64,000 bases of DNA, taken from the IMG/VR virus record IMGVR_UViG_3300044633_001982; one strand, given 5' to 3'. Shown here piece by piece: positions 25,525 through 34,883 of the stretch (its first letter is position 1; every line of letters starts with the position of its first letter). The position numbers and the translations under genes were made by a program. Origin of the DNA: a virus. Its lineage: Duplodnaviria; Caudoviricetes. Below the pieces are notes generated by a model. That model saw only the letters and a program-made list of their open reading frames with translations. It had not been told where the DNA came from and did not search any database.

Positions 25525-26292
25525 TTAAGATAAACTATTCATTATATTTTCAATCTTAGATGCACTTCCAGAAACTGCACTATTTCTTCTTGACTGAACC
25601 GCAACTTTTTTAAGTTCAGATACTGACGTATTACCTTTTTCCACCTCTTCATTAATTGCGTTTGCAAATTTTTGAAAAAATCCTGAGCCATTCCAAGAAG
25701 CGTATATAAAGTGGAATAATAACGCGTTACTTTTCATAACAATATTTTTAGCCTCAGGAGATAAGTATTTATCAGCAAGTTTATTAAAATGAGGTTCCAT
25801 TATTTTAACCACCAGGTCTATTAGTTTTTGTTCTAAATTACCACCTCTATAATAACGTTTCCAAACTCTTCTATTTTTATTCCCATCAATCAAATTCCAA
25901 AATTCAACACCGGCATTGCTTGTATTTAATGTTCCTCCGTGTTTCCTATCAATTCCAAACATAGTTTCACCTGAGTCACCCATTCCTGAAGATTTATGCC
26001 ATTGTGGGTTAAAATATCCACCTTCTAATTTATTAATAACTAATTCAGTCATTTTTTTAAAATCTCCTGATATTGTACCAAATGAATTGTCTGAACCATT
26101 ATTGGTAGATGTGTCAGATGTATTAGAAGAATCTTTATCATCTTTGTTAATTAATTTACCCCCAATTCTTTTTTTCACCCTATCAAGCATTGCTTGTATG
26201 AACGAATCACCAACAATATTACTATCATTTTGTTCAGTGATATTATAATTTACAATTTTTTTTAATTGTTCTTCAGTAACTTTAATTTTCAT
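25525..26292 (-). CDS. GH108-like lysozyme
   Basis: NKLEGGYFNP...GDSGETMFGIDR matches the GH108 EGGY...D.G.T..GI pattern. Confidence 0.7.
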   Translation of the reverse strand: MKIKVTEEQLKKIVNYNITEQNDSNIVGDSFIQAMLDRVKKRIGGKLINKDDKDSSNTSDTSTNNGSDNSFGTISGDFKKMTELVINKLEGGYFNPQWHKSSGMGDSGETMFGIDRKHGGTLNTSNAGVEFWNLIDGNKNRRVWKRYYRGGNLEQKLIDLVVKIMEPHFNKLADKYLSPEAKNIVMKSNALLFHFIYASWNGSGFFQKFANAINEEVEKGNTSVSELKKVAVQSRRNSAVSGSASKIENIMNSLS

Positions 26293-27872
26293 ATCTTATC
26301 TCCAAATTTTTCATAGAAATATTTAAGGATTGCAAAATTCATATGAGCGTACCCTTTAGTACAGAATACGTGTCCTGAATAAGAACCTTTATCTTTATTT
26401 GAACAGTACCATTCTAATCTTTTTCTTGTTTGTCCATAAAATCCAGTAGTTCCCCAATTTTTTGGGTCACAAACCAAATAAGTATTTGGTCCAAAAGATA
26501 TTCCTGTTTCGTATGTTGATGGGTCAATTAAACCGACTAATTTTAAACTACTATCTTGAGCATAATTCCATGTTTCTCGTCCACCTTGTGAAAATCCTGC
26601 AATAGATGATACCACTCCACCAAATTTTTCTTTTACGTATTTTTTAACGTTGTTTAAATTATTAAAATGGTGAGTAATTACAATTATTTTATTATTACTG
26701 TAAGGTCTCAAATAAGGTATGTATTTTTCCATTGCGGAACGATTTGCGGTACCCTTTGAGTATCCTGAAGTATGAGCTCCCCCAAAAAATACGTGTACTT
26801 GATTACCTTTATATGAATCAGATTTAATAATCACATATTCATTATCTCCTGTCACTTCTGAATTAGTTTCTGATGGTTTTGTTTGAACTTTTTTAGGGTC
26901 TTGAAGTCTCTCCAAAGTTTTTTTATCTACTGATGATGATACAGTTAATGATTGGTCTTCTTGAAAAGTTTCTAATGCCTTTTTAGTTTTAGGACCAAAT
27001 AAACCATCAACTCCACACTTACCTAAGTCATAGTTCAAACGGTTCAAGATGTTCTGAATTTCGGTAACTGGTGACCCCATATGACCAATTCTCATTACAA
27101 CATCCCCTTTTTTAATTTGTTCTAACGTTGGGGACTCTGAATATGACTTTGTTGGTTGACAACCAGACTTCTTAAATTGTTTTACGGTTTCTTTTTCAAG
27201 TTTAGGGTCTACTTTATCACTTTTATAATAATCATCAATTTTAGAATTCGGTATAACTTCTGTTTTACCCCCACTATTTAAAGACTCTCCCCCGACATAA
27301 AATAAATGCCAAGGTTCTGCTTTACGCAGTACACCATCTCTTAAATAAGATACTTTAAAACCAAATTTTCCACAATTATTTTCAACCCATTTTTTAACAT
27401 CTGAATTCTGATTCCACCAAGACGGTTCAACACTTATTATATCAAATGCCTTTCCTGTATGATGTTGAGAAAATCCGGGTAACGCAGAATACTTTTGTCT
27501 TTGTGACACACCACCATCCCTTTTTATTTTACCACCAAATGTATCGACTTGTTTGGAATAACTTCTATATGATGAGACCACGGTAGCTTTAGATGACACC
27601 TCAGGAAATTCTTTTTTTAATGATGATAACAATTTTGATATTTGGATTTTTGCCTTTGAAACCTCCCCACCATTGTCTTCATAGTACTGACCTTCTTGTT
27701 TCATCTCATCATCCACATGTTTATCATTAATTGTAGTATTGTACTTTGATTCAACACTTGATAAAGATGATTTAATATCAGAAGGTAAATCTCTATTAAC
27801 TTTTTCAGTTAATAAACCATATTTTTTTAAAATATCATTTTTTTCAGATTCAGAAATAATTAACTTTCCCAT
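26289..27872 (-). CDS. M15B (VanY-like) peptidase + PG-binding domain + alpha/beta-hydrolase fusion
   Basis: SSYRSY..Q, ALPGFSQHHTGKAFD and EPWH (M15B); VTEIQNIL..LNY....VDGLFGPKTKKALETFQ (PG_binding_1); AGFSQGG nucleophile elbow, LIDPS and a late His. Confidence 0.8.
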   Translation of the reverse strand: MGKLIISESEKNDILKKYGLLTEKVNRDLPSDIKSSLSSVESKYNTTINDKHVDDEMKQEGQYYEDNGGEVSKAKIQISKLLSSLKKEFPEVSSKATVVSSYRSYSKQVDTFGGKIKRDGGVSQRQKYSALPGFSQHHTGKAFDIISVEPSWWNQNSDVKKWVENNCGKFGFKVSYLRDGVLRKAEPWHLFYVGGESLNSGGKTEVIPNSKIDDYYKSDKVDPKLEKETVKQFKKSGCQPTKSYSESPTLEQIKKGDVVMRIGHMGSPVTEIQNILNRLNYDLGKCGVDGLFGPKTKKALETFQEDQSLTVSSSVDKKTLERLQDPKKVQTKPSETNSEVTGDNEYVIIKSDSYKGNQVHVFFGGAHTSGYSKGTANRSAMEKYIPYLRPYSNNKIIVITHHFNNLNNVKKYVKEKFGGVVSSIAGFSQGGRETWNYAQDSSLKLVGLIDPSTYETGISFGPNTYLVCDPKNWGTTGFYGQTRKRLEWYCSNKDKGSYSGHVFCTKGYAHMNFAILKYFYEKFGDKI

Positions 27873-27875
27873 TAT

Positions 27876-28088
27876 TTATAAATATCTAATAAGTACGGAA
27901 ATAAATTCCGCCTCCGATAAACTATAAATACCCTGTTTGTAAGAATAATTTAGAATTCTTCGGATTAAGTCTTTTTTTTGGGGGTCAGTTAAATTTTGTA
28001 TTAAAAAGGATAAATCTTCATTTGGATTATAATTTATTGTTTCAAAAATTGTTTGATTTGGTATTTTTTCTTCATGAGTATTATCCAT
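27876..28088 (-). CDS. Small hypothetical protein
   Basis: Start moved to ATG 28088 (MDNTHEEK); the track's longer version overlaps the divergent gene. Confidence 0.6.
   Translation of the reverse strand: MDNTHEEKIPNQTIFETINYNPNEDLSFLIQNLTDPQKKDLIRRILNYSYKQGIYSLSEAEFISVLIRYL
27878..27884 (-). promoter_or_regulatory. Candidate late promoter TATTTAT
   Basis: 5 nt before ATG 27872 on the minus strand. Confidence 0.55.
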
Positions 28089-28096
28089 AGGTGATA

Positions 28097-28110
28097 TATT
28101 TATATAAATA
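28097..28110. promoter_or_regulatory. Palindromic pair of TATTTAT motifs serving divergent genes
   Basis: TATTTATATAAATA perfect 14-bp palindrome between 28088(-) and 28127(+). Confidence 0.5.
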
Positions 28111-28126
28111 GTAATATTGATTAATA

Positions 28127-29428
28127 ATGAAAGAAACCCATTTAATAAAAAAAATAAGGGAGATAATAAAAGAAACCAACTCAAGTTCAGCAGCAGGATT
28201 TTATAACGTACCAATGAGACCCGGATTAAGATTGTGGAAGAAAAAAGAAATGGGTGCGTTTACTGAAAAACTTAATGGGTACGATAACGCAGAATTATAT
28301 GTTGACGCGTTAGATGGAAATATTGACACTAAAAATGCAAAGGAAAAAGAGAGAATCTCAAGAAAAATATCTAAATATTATGATAAACACCCAACTCAAA
28401 ACGATGATGATGGTAATGTTTTAAATGATGTCAATATTAAAGAAGCAACATATAATGATGGAGGTGAATATAGCGCACCATTAAGTTTTGAGCCAATTAA
28501 ATGGGATAAACATACTATGGCACCATATGTATATCATTCCACTCATGACCATAATGAAAAAGGTAAATTAGGTAACATTGGTGGTAAAGTATCATTCAAA
28601 CATGGATATATGGAAAAACCACACCCAAAAAAAGGTAAGTCAAAAAAAATAATAACACCTAAAGAAAATAAAGATGTAGTTAATGAGGATTTAGCAGTTT
28701 GGTTTGGTAAAAAAAAGAAACCAAAAGGTAGTAAACAACCTAAAGGTCCTTGGGTTAATATTTGTAAAAAAGTAGATGGTAAACATCCACCTTGCGGAAG
28801 ACCTCAGGCAACTGATAGAGCTTACCCAAAATGTAGAGCTGCGGGCGTTGCTGGGAAAATGTCAGATTCAGAAAAAAGAAACGCGTGTCAACAAAAAAGA
28901 AGAGCAGAAAAAACTCATTCAAAATCAGGTACAGGTAATAAACCTAAAATGGTTTCTCATAAAACAAATGAAAATATGTCAAAAAAAATTAAAATTACAG
29001 AATCACAATTAAAGAACTTGGTTTATTATCTTAATGAACAAAATACATTACCAATAACTTTATCATGTATAGAACCTGATAACCCAAGTTCTCCAGGAAT
29101 ACAATTTAAAAATTTAAAATTTGTGAATAAAGGTACACAAACTTTAAATGATAAAGAAGAGACAATTTATGTTTTTGAGAAGACTAGTCTTGAACCTTAT
29201 AAACAAGAATCCGTACAACAAAAATTTACAACAGTAAAAATTGAAAACCCTGAGTTGGTTAAAGTTTTAGAACAACGAGGATATAAGAACGTATCAAATT
29301 TTAGTTTTTTAAAAACCTACCATCTAAATAGAAAGTTTTATTGTGGAGTCTTCTTCACAAAAGATAACGATAATTCAGATAATTTTGCAAAAACAAATGA
29401 TATTGTTTCATTAAAACCAACAAAGTAA
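28127..29428 (+). CDS. Multi-segment hypothetical protein (probable internal head protein)
   Basis: Basic Cys-containing segment WFG...PWVNIC...HPPCGR...YPKCR; segments bounded by (I/L/V)xE sites. Confidence 0.7.
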   Translation: MKETHLIKKIREIIKETNSSSAAGFYNVPMRPGLRLWKKKEMGAFTEKLNGYDNAELYVDALDGNIDTKNAKEKERISRKISKYYDKHPTQNDDDGNVLNDVNIKEATYNDGGEYSAPLSFEPIKWDKHTMAPYVYHSTHDHNEKGKLGNIGGKVSFKHGYMEKPHPKKGKSKKIITPKENKDVVNEDLAVWFGKKKKPKGSKQPKGPWVNICKKVDGKHPPCGRPQATDRAYPKCRAAGVAGKMSDSEKRNACQQKRRAEKTHSKSGTGNKPKMVSHKTNENMSKKIKITESQLKNLVYYLNEQNTLPITLSCIEPDNPSSPGIQFKNLKFVNKGTQTLNDKEETIYVFEKTSLEPYKQESVQQKFTTVKIENPELVKVLEQRGYKNVSNFSFLKTYHLNRKFYCGVFFTKDNDNSDNFAKTNDIVSLKPTK

Positions 29429-29433
29429 TTTTA

Positions 29434-29685
29434 TTATTTTGTAGTTAAAGAATCTAATTTTTGTAAATCATCATTAGTTGTAAAATACAAACCAACAAAT
29501 TTGTCAAACTCACCTTTAGGTAATTTTTTAAGGTGTCTCGCTAAAGTTTGTTGTGAGTACCAATCATCAGAATGTTTTTCTTGATTTTCAATAACACAAG
29601 TTTTTGTTTGTTTACAACATTCTTTGTTTGATGTACAAGAGGACAATAGAAAAACAACTGATAATAAAAAAATAAAAGATTTCAT
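29434..29685 (-). CDS. Putative lipoprotein
   Basis: MKSFIFLLSVVFLLSSC signal peptide II with lipobox; TATTTAT at 29690-29696, 4 nt upstream. Confidence 0.65.
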   Translation of the reverse strand: MKSFIFLLSVVFLLSSCTSNKECCKQTKTCVIENQEKHSDDWYSQQTLARHLKKLPKGEFDKFVGLYFTTNDDLQKLDSLTTK

Positions 29686-29757
29686 ACTTATAAATATTTA
29701 ATTTTATATTGTAAAGTTACTTAAAAATTTTGATTATTCAAAATATTTATTAAAAAA

Positions 29758-30150
29758 ATGAAAGTTTGTTTAAAATACCCAAAAAACACTTTAACTAGTA
29801 AGGAACTAAAAGTACTTGGTAAATTTATTCAGTTATTACAAAAAATAATGCCACTTTCAAACAAGATAAAAATTGTCTTTTTAGATGAGAGAGTTGGTAA
29901 AATGACAACAGGTTCTTATAAAAAGAGTAAACACATTATTAAAGTCTTAATTAAAAATAGGTTACTTGCCGATTTGTTAAGAACGTTATCCCATGAATGG
30001 GGGCACGCTTTTGATAACGAACATATTAATTTTGAAGATAGGAGAGAAGTTGGGGGAGAATCTGAAAATTTTGCAAATGCAATATCAGGAGCTGTAACCA
30101 AACACTTCATCAAAAAAAATCCTCAAGTTGAGGATATTATTTTTGAGTAA
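29758..30150 (+). CDS. Small HExxH zincin-like metallopeptidase
   Basis: LRTLSHEWGHAF and a later E..AN; TATTTAT at 29744-29750. Confidence 0.65.
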   Translation: MKVCLKYPKNTLTSKELKVLGKFIQLLQKIMPLSNKIKIVFLDERVGKMTTGSYKKSKHIIKVLIKNRLLADLLRTLSHEWGHAFDNEHINFEDRREVGGESENFANAISGAVTKHFIKKNPQVEDIIFE

Positions 30151-30549
30151 TTAATTACAAATTTTAGAATAGATAGTTTCTAAAGAATGTTTGATTTGTA
30201 CATCTAAATCTTTTTCCATCTGTAAAGCCCTTTCTTCCATCTCTTTTTTGAAAAAGTCTTTTAATTTTGACCAATCAATATCAGGTAGTTTAATAAAATA
30301 ACTATAAGTATGGTTAGTAATTGTTACCTCACCATCTTCCATAGTAATAAAAATACCATATTGCTCGTTTTTAATGTATTTTTTACGAGAAATCGGGGCA
30401 ATTAACAACTCAGAATTAGGATTGTGAATCAATCTTCTACAAATTGCGGTACATTGATTTATACGTGTCCTTTGAAGTTTTCTAAGTTCACTTTCATTGA
30501 TACTTCTAACAAAAATTTTGTAACGGGCAATTAATCTTTTTAGTGACAT
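30151..30549 (-). CDS. Hypothetical protein
   Basis: 132-aa ORF with a host-type promoter. Confidence 0.7.
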   Translation of the reverse strand: MSLKRLIARYKIFVRSINESELRKLQRTRINQCTAICRRLIHNPNSELLIAPISRKKYIKNEQYGIFITMEDGEVTITNHTYSYFIKLPDIDWSKLKDFFKKEMEERALQMEKDLDVQIKHSLETIYSKICN

Positions 30550-30569
30550 TTTTTATTTATTTATGTCTA

Positions 30570-30601
30570 CAAAGATATTGCAAAAATTTTAATTTAACAA
30601 T
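30570..30601 (-). promoter_or_regulatory. Bacteroidota sigma-A type promoter
   Basis: ATTG-N20-TATCTTTG, 20 nt before ATG 30549. Confidence 0.6.
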
Positions 30602-31118
30602 AAGGTGATGAACATTTTTTCTTACCATCTAAACCTGGCATTCTTCCTTTACAAACCTGAACTGCGTATCCGTTAGCGTATGCACTAGGGTAAACTTTAA
30701 ACTTTGATTTTGCTGCGGATTTACCACGAGAACAAAGTTTTGTTCCTGACTTTTTACGACCTTCATTCATTTGATATAACGCCAAGGCTTCATCAGGGTT
30801 TTCATTATCCATCGCCATTGACATATCGTCTAAAACATTGTCATTTTCCATCATATCACCATCATCTACATTCATAGACAATTCCATACCATCTTTTTTT
30901 GTTTCATTCATTAGAAAGTCAAATACTTGGTCCATATTGTTTTTTGCCTCAGCAATATGGTCTTGAGCCCAATCATGTCCATTAGATAGAATCTCCTCAA
31001 CCATATTACGGTCTAAATCTAACAATAAACCACATTGTCTTCTCATTTGTTCTAAATTACTGAAAAACATATATCTTTCAGATTCTTCTTTTAAAATTTT
31101 TTTAATTAATTTTTCCAT
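30594..31118 (-). CDS. Hypothetical protein with a basic C-terminal YPSAYA/Cys segment
   Basis: LCSRGKSAAKSKFKVYPSAYANGYAVQVCKG. Confidence 0.7.
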   Translation of the reverse strand: MEKLIKKILKEESERYMFFSNLEQMRRQCGLLLDLDRNMVEEILSNGHDWAQDHIAEAKNNMDQVFDFLMNETKKDGMELSMNVDDGDMMENDNVLDDMSMAMDNENPDEALALYQMNEGRKKSGTKLCSRGKSAAKSKFKVYPSAYANGYAVQVCKGRMPGLDGKKKCSSPYC

Positions 31119-31119
31119 A

Positions 31120-31626
31120 TTATCCTTTTAATTCTTCTTTTAATTGGTCACAAATTATAGAAAGAAAAGATTCTATTTCTCTTTCTAAACCCTCATATTT
31201 TTCAAACAAATTTTCACCATCATTAGATTCAAAATTACAAACTGAATATTCACCATCAGAAGTACAATAAATCTCACCATAATATTCATCACCACTAATT
31301 GTAAAATAACCTGAATGAATAATTTCATCTAAATTTTGTTCAGTTACCTCATACTTAAATGACATTGACGGAATTCCGGGAGATTCGTCAAATCTCCAAG
31401 TTTCACCACTTTTAACCAATTCTTTTGAAGTTGTTAATTCTTCATCGTCTAAAAACTCATTATTTAATGAATAGTGGTCAAGATATTTTTTTTCTTTATC
31501 GGTTAAAGATTTCATACCTGATGAATTAATTTTGTCAAGTATTGCGTCAATTTCTCCCATCCCCTCAGATAAAAATGTATCTATTATAAATTTTAATTGA
31601 GATTCTTTAAGTATTAATTTTCTCAT
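31120..31626 (-). CDS. Hypothetical protein with a DUF6576-like motif
   Basis: EIDAILDKINSSGMKSLTDKEKKYL resembles the motif at the C-terminus of Bacteroidota rhomboid proteases. Confidence 0.55.
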   Translation of the reverse strand: MRKLILKESQLKFIIDTFLSEGMGEIDAILDKINSSGMKSLTDKEKKYLDHYSLNNEFLDDEELTTSKELVKSGETWRFDESPGIPSMSFKYEVTEQNLDEIIHSGYFTISGDEYYGEIYCTSDGEYSVCNFESNDGENLFEKYEGLEREIESFLSIICDQLKEELKG

Positions 31627-33116
31627 TTTTTATTAACTATTTGAAACTTTAATGTTCTTTTATAAGTATCTATTTCACCTGAAGTTAATACTTTTATATC
31701 TACAAAATATTCGTTTGGTATTTTATCTCTAGTGTCGAAAATAAAATAAAATTCATTTGAAGTCCGATTAATTTGAGTCCAATCTTGTACTTGAACTTCT
31801 GTTTGTCCTTCTCTAACATAAATTCTATAATATGATTTTACTTTTTGTAACGTCTCATTATTTGAATAAGCCTTTTTAATAATCACACCTACTTTCCTTA
31901 CGTCAGTATTTAATATTTTTTCGTCTTGTTTAATTCCGTAAAAATCAAATCCATATAGTTTAGGGTCCTTACTTTGTATACCAATTTGAAAAGATTGTGA
32001 AAATGGTAAAGCAATAAAATCATTTGTTATTGACGGTAAATTATTATTATTGTATTCCAAATTTTTCCATACATCATTATATGTACAAGGACTATTAATT
32101 GTAATAGGAGGAATTTCAACTTTGTATATCCCTTTAGTAACTAAACAAGTTGATAAATCTTGGAATAAAACCGACCCATTGTTACTAATTATATCAACTA
32201 AAGGAGTTGTATCTAAATTTGTGAAATCACCATTAATATAAGAATATAAATATAAATTATTTGTTGTGTTACCATAAAAAGAATTTCTATCATCATCAAT
32301 TAAATCATTATAATTAGTTTCTAAATATGGTTCATAAAAAGTTTGAGTATGTCTTGTAAAAAAACCAACAACATAGTTTTCGGTTAAACCTGTTAACGTT
32401 TCTAAGTCAGGTAAAAATGCAATTCCCCAACCCGCAACTTCCGCACCATTTAAAATTGCATTTACCTCTGAGGTCATATTGAATTCAATATCTTCATTAC
32501 CAAATTCAAAATGTTGGGTATCAACAATTGTTATTGCGGAGTAATTTATACCATTACCTGTAGCTGAGTTAGTATTGTCGTATATACCTGGTGTTCTCCA
32601 AGTGGTTGTTGTAGTTAAATTATACCAATTTGATGGTCTTTCTGAAAAAGATTTATCATTAATTTCTTCACTCGGTGTTAAAACTCCTGTTGGGGTATTA
32701 GAAGTTTTATTAGTTGGATAAAAGTCGTACCCAACACCTTCATCCCAAGTTACAAAATTGTTATTTTGATTATAAGTTGGGGGTATTCTAAATAATATTA
32801 AATCAAAAGAAGTTGCTCTTTTTACCCCTTCGGAATCTTTGGTGTTTAATAACTCTTCATCAAAAGATGAAGTATTTGTCATTCTTAATGTATGAGTTAT
32901 TTGACCATTACAGTCAGTTGAAATTACTCCATTATTATATTTTTGTATTAAATCACTTAAATCTAAATTAAAAATAAATCTTGAATAAGATGTATTTGTG
33001 AATGAATCCGAGGTCGGTCCAAAATAAAGTTGGGTAACAGGATTCCTACCTGTGTTAGTATAACTATTATATAATAATGTATTATTCTTGCTAAAATAAG
33101 ATTTATGAACTGACAT
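31623..33116 (-). CDS. Probable virion structural protein
   Basis: 497 aa, Asn/Thr-rich; TATTTAT at 33134-33140. Confidence 0.6.
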   Translation of the reverse strand: MSVHKSYFSKNNTLLYNSYTNTGRNPVTQLYFGPTSDSFTNTSYSRFIFNLDLSDLIQKYNNGVISTDCNGQITHTLRMTNTSSFDEELLNTKDSEGVKRATSFDLILFRIPPTYNQNNNFVTWDEGVGYDFYPTNKTSNTPTGVLTPSEEINDKSFSERPSNWYNLTTTTTWRTPGIYDNTNSATGNGINYSAITIVDTQHFEFGNEDIEFNMTSEVNAILNGAEVAGWGIAFLPDLETLTGLTENYVVGFFTRHTQTFYEPYLETNYNDLIDDDRNSFYGNTTNNLYLYSYINGDFTNLDTTPLVDIISNNGSVLFQDLSTCLVTKGIYKVEIPPITINSPCTYNDVWKNLEYNNNNLPSITNDFIALPFSQSFQIGIQSKDPKLYGFDFYGIKQDEKILNTDVRKVGVIIKKAYSNNETLQKVKSYYRIYVREGQTEVQVQDWTQINRTSNEFYFIFDTRDKIPNEYFVDIKVLTSGEIDTYKRTLKFQIVNKK

Positions 33117-33140
33117 TTATAAATGGTTTATTTATAAATA

Positions 33141-34676
33141 TCAATTAATACGAATATTTTGGTTTAAAACAGTATTTCTAGCATCTGCTAAGGCATCTCT
33201 TAACTTTTGTTTAGTTAATTTTCTAACACCGTATGGACCTTCATCGGGGGCTTCGTTTGGGTTGTGTATATGGTCAGTAACAAAATCAACTATTAAATCT
33301 AATAAATCTAATAATTTTTCTCCCCTAACTGAAGAATTAGTCTTATCAACAAAAGATTCTAAATCTTCAATACCTAATGTATCAATACTTTTTGATAAAT
33401 TTACCTGCTCAGTACCGATTGACTGTAAATGACTTAATAAAAATATTGTGTCGGCACCTATGGTTGTATAAGTTTCATCTATTTTTTCAACTTCTTTTTC
33501 ATAAACTTCTTCTTTTTTGGGTTTTGGTGGTTGTACAAGTAAATTTTTACCATAAACAATTGACGATTCTGAAGATGTAAAATATTTTACAAAATTTTTA
33601 AAATCATTTGAATTTTTACTTATAATCGCATTTGAATTTCTTAACCCATCTGAAATATTTGGACCAAAACAGAAGAAAGATGGATATCTTGGCTCTTTTA
33701 TTTGGTAATTTGGCATTGGTGGTATATTAATCAATCCCAAATCACCAAACGATTTTTCTAAAAATGTATTAATTAATGTGGTTGCAGATATTAATGTCAA
33801 CGAGTTAAAATCGTACTCAAATAATGTGCGACCTATACAGTCTGAAAAATCAGTATCTTGATTAATATTATTAGATAAAGTTTTTTCATTTTCTAATAAT
33901 TCATAAATTTTAATACTACCCGTAAAAGTACCGTTAACTGGAGGATTTGGGTTACTTTCTAAATTATCAACATCGTAAATTATTAATTTTTTAACAGGTA
34001 TAGAATCTGTTTGGTTATATAAAAAAATTGTAGGTTCGGGATTTGTAGTGATTTTTTCTTTAAAATGTGATAAATTTACAAATGCTCTATTAAAATTTCT
34101 TTTTGGGATTTGATTAGGTACAAATTCATAAACTTTACCTGCTCTTAATAATAAACTATCGTCACCTAAAACCATATCTGAGGTACCTCTTCCCATAACC
34201 GCAACTTCTGAATTTTTAGGAAAAACTCCTTCGATGTTTTGGTTAATTAATTTTGGAGACCCGTAATTAAACGGTTTACCCTTTGTATTTGATGATGGAC
34301 CAACTAAAGATTTTGGTTGAGATATATTATCTCCCTGTCCTGTATTTGCTAAAGTTTGTTCATATGTCTCACCTCCAATATTTAAAATGTTTGACGGAGA
34401 AAATTGTATCCAATATTGGTCCTGAAAAGTACTCTCAAATGGATTTGCGTAAAACAATAAAACAGTCTCACCTTCTTGAGGTGCTTGATTAAAAAAAATA
34501 GGTAATAATGAAACAAAAACGTATGGGTCATTATCCGACCATTTTGTAAATGATGTTTTATTTAATGCCGTCTCATCAATTCCTTGCGGGTATGCCCTTA
34601 TTTTAAGAGTACCCGGTTGAGATGCTCCATCAACGTCTAATACCTTACCTAATTTTATTATTTTTTTATTTACCAT
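33141..34676 (-). CDS. Baseplate central spike/hub protein (gp5/gpV-like)
   Basis: N-terminal OB-fold-like LGKVLDVD....GTLKIR; GRGTSDMVLG; C-terminal RGEKLLDLL...HIH metal-binding tip motif. Confidence 0.6.
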   Translation of the reverse strand: MVNKKIIKLGKVLDVDGASQPGTLKIRAYPQGIDETALNKTSFTKWSDNDPYVFVSLLPIFFNQAPQEGETVLLFYANPFESTFQDQYWIQFSPSNILNIGGETYEQTLANTGQGDNISQPKSLVGPSSNTKGKPFNYGSPKLINQNIEGVFPKNSEVAVMGRGTSDMVLGDDSLLLRAGKVYEFVPNQIPKRNFNRAFVNLSHFKEKITTNPEPTIFLYNQTDSIPVKKLIIYDVDNLESNPNPPVNGTFTGSIKIYELLENEKTLSNNINQDTDFSDCIGRTLFEYDFNSLTLISATTLINTFLEKSFGDLGLINIPPMPNYQIKEPRYPSFFCFGPNISDGLRNSNAIISKNSNDFKNFVKYFTSSESSIVYGKNLLVQPPKPKKEEVYEKEVEKIDETYTTIGADTIFLLSHLQSIGTEQVNLSKSIDTLGIEDLESFVDKTNSSVRGEKLLDLLDLIVDFVTDHIHNPNEAPDEGPYGVRKLTKQKLRDALADARNTVLNQNIRIN

Positions 34677-34881
34677 TTCTATTTTGATATTCTTCTAAAA
34701 TTCTATTGTATAAAGATTCAACTTCGTCAAAATGAGTTGTCATTTTTAAAATAATTTGTTTTGTAGTTTCAAAATTATCTTTTAAAAAATCCATCGCAGT
34801 TTCTAACTCTTTATTACTCTTATTTTTATAATCTTTGATTATATCTAAAATTTTTTCTGTGCTTTTATCTGTCTGTATCAT
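34666..34881 (-). CDS. Small hypothetical protein
   Basis: 71-aa ORF in the operon. Confidence 0.7.
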   Translation of the reverse strand: MIQTDKSTEKILDIIKDYKNKSNKELETAMDFLKDNFETTKQIILKMTTHFDEVESLYNRILEEYQNRNGK

Positions 34882-34883
34882 AT

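Noticed and set aside
28089-28214. Hydrophobic N-terminal extension suggesting a holin in ORF 27876-28214
   Set aside because: It is the antisense of the Lys/Glu-rich start of 28127 and spans the promoter palindrome; the likely start is 28088.
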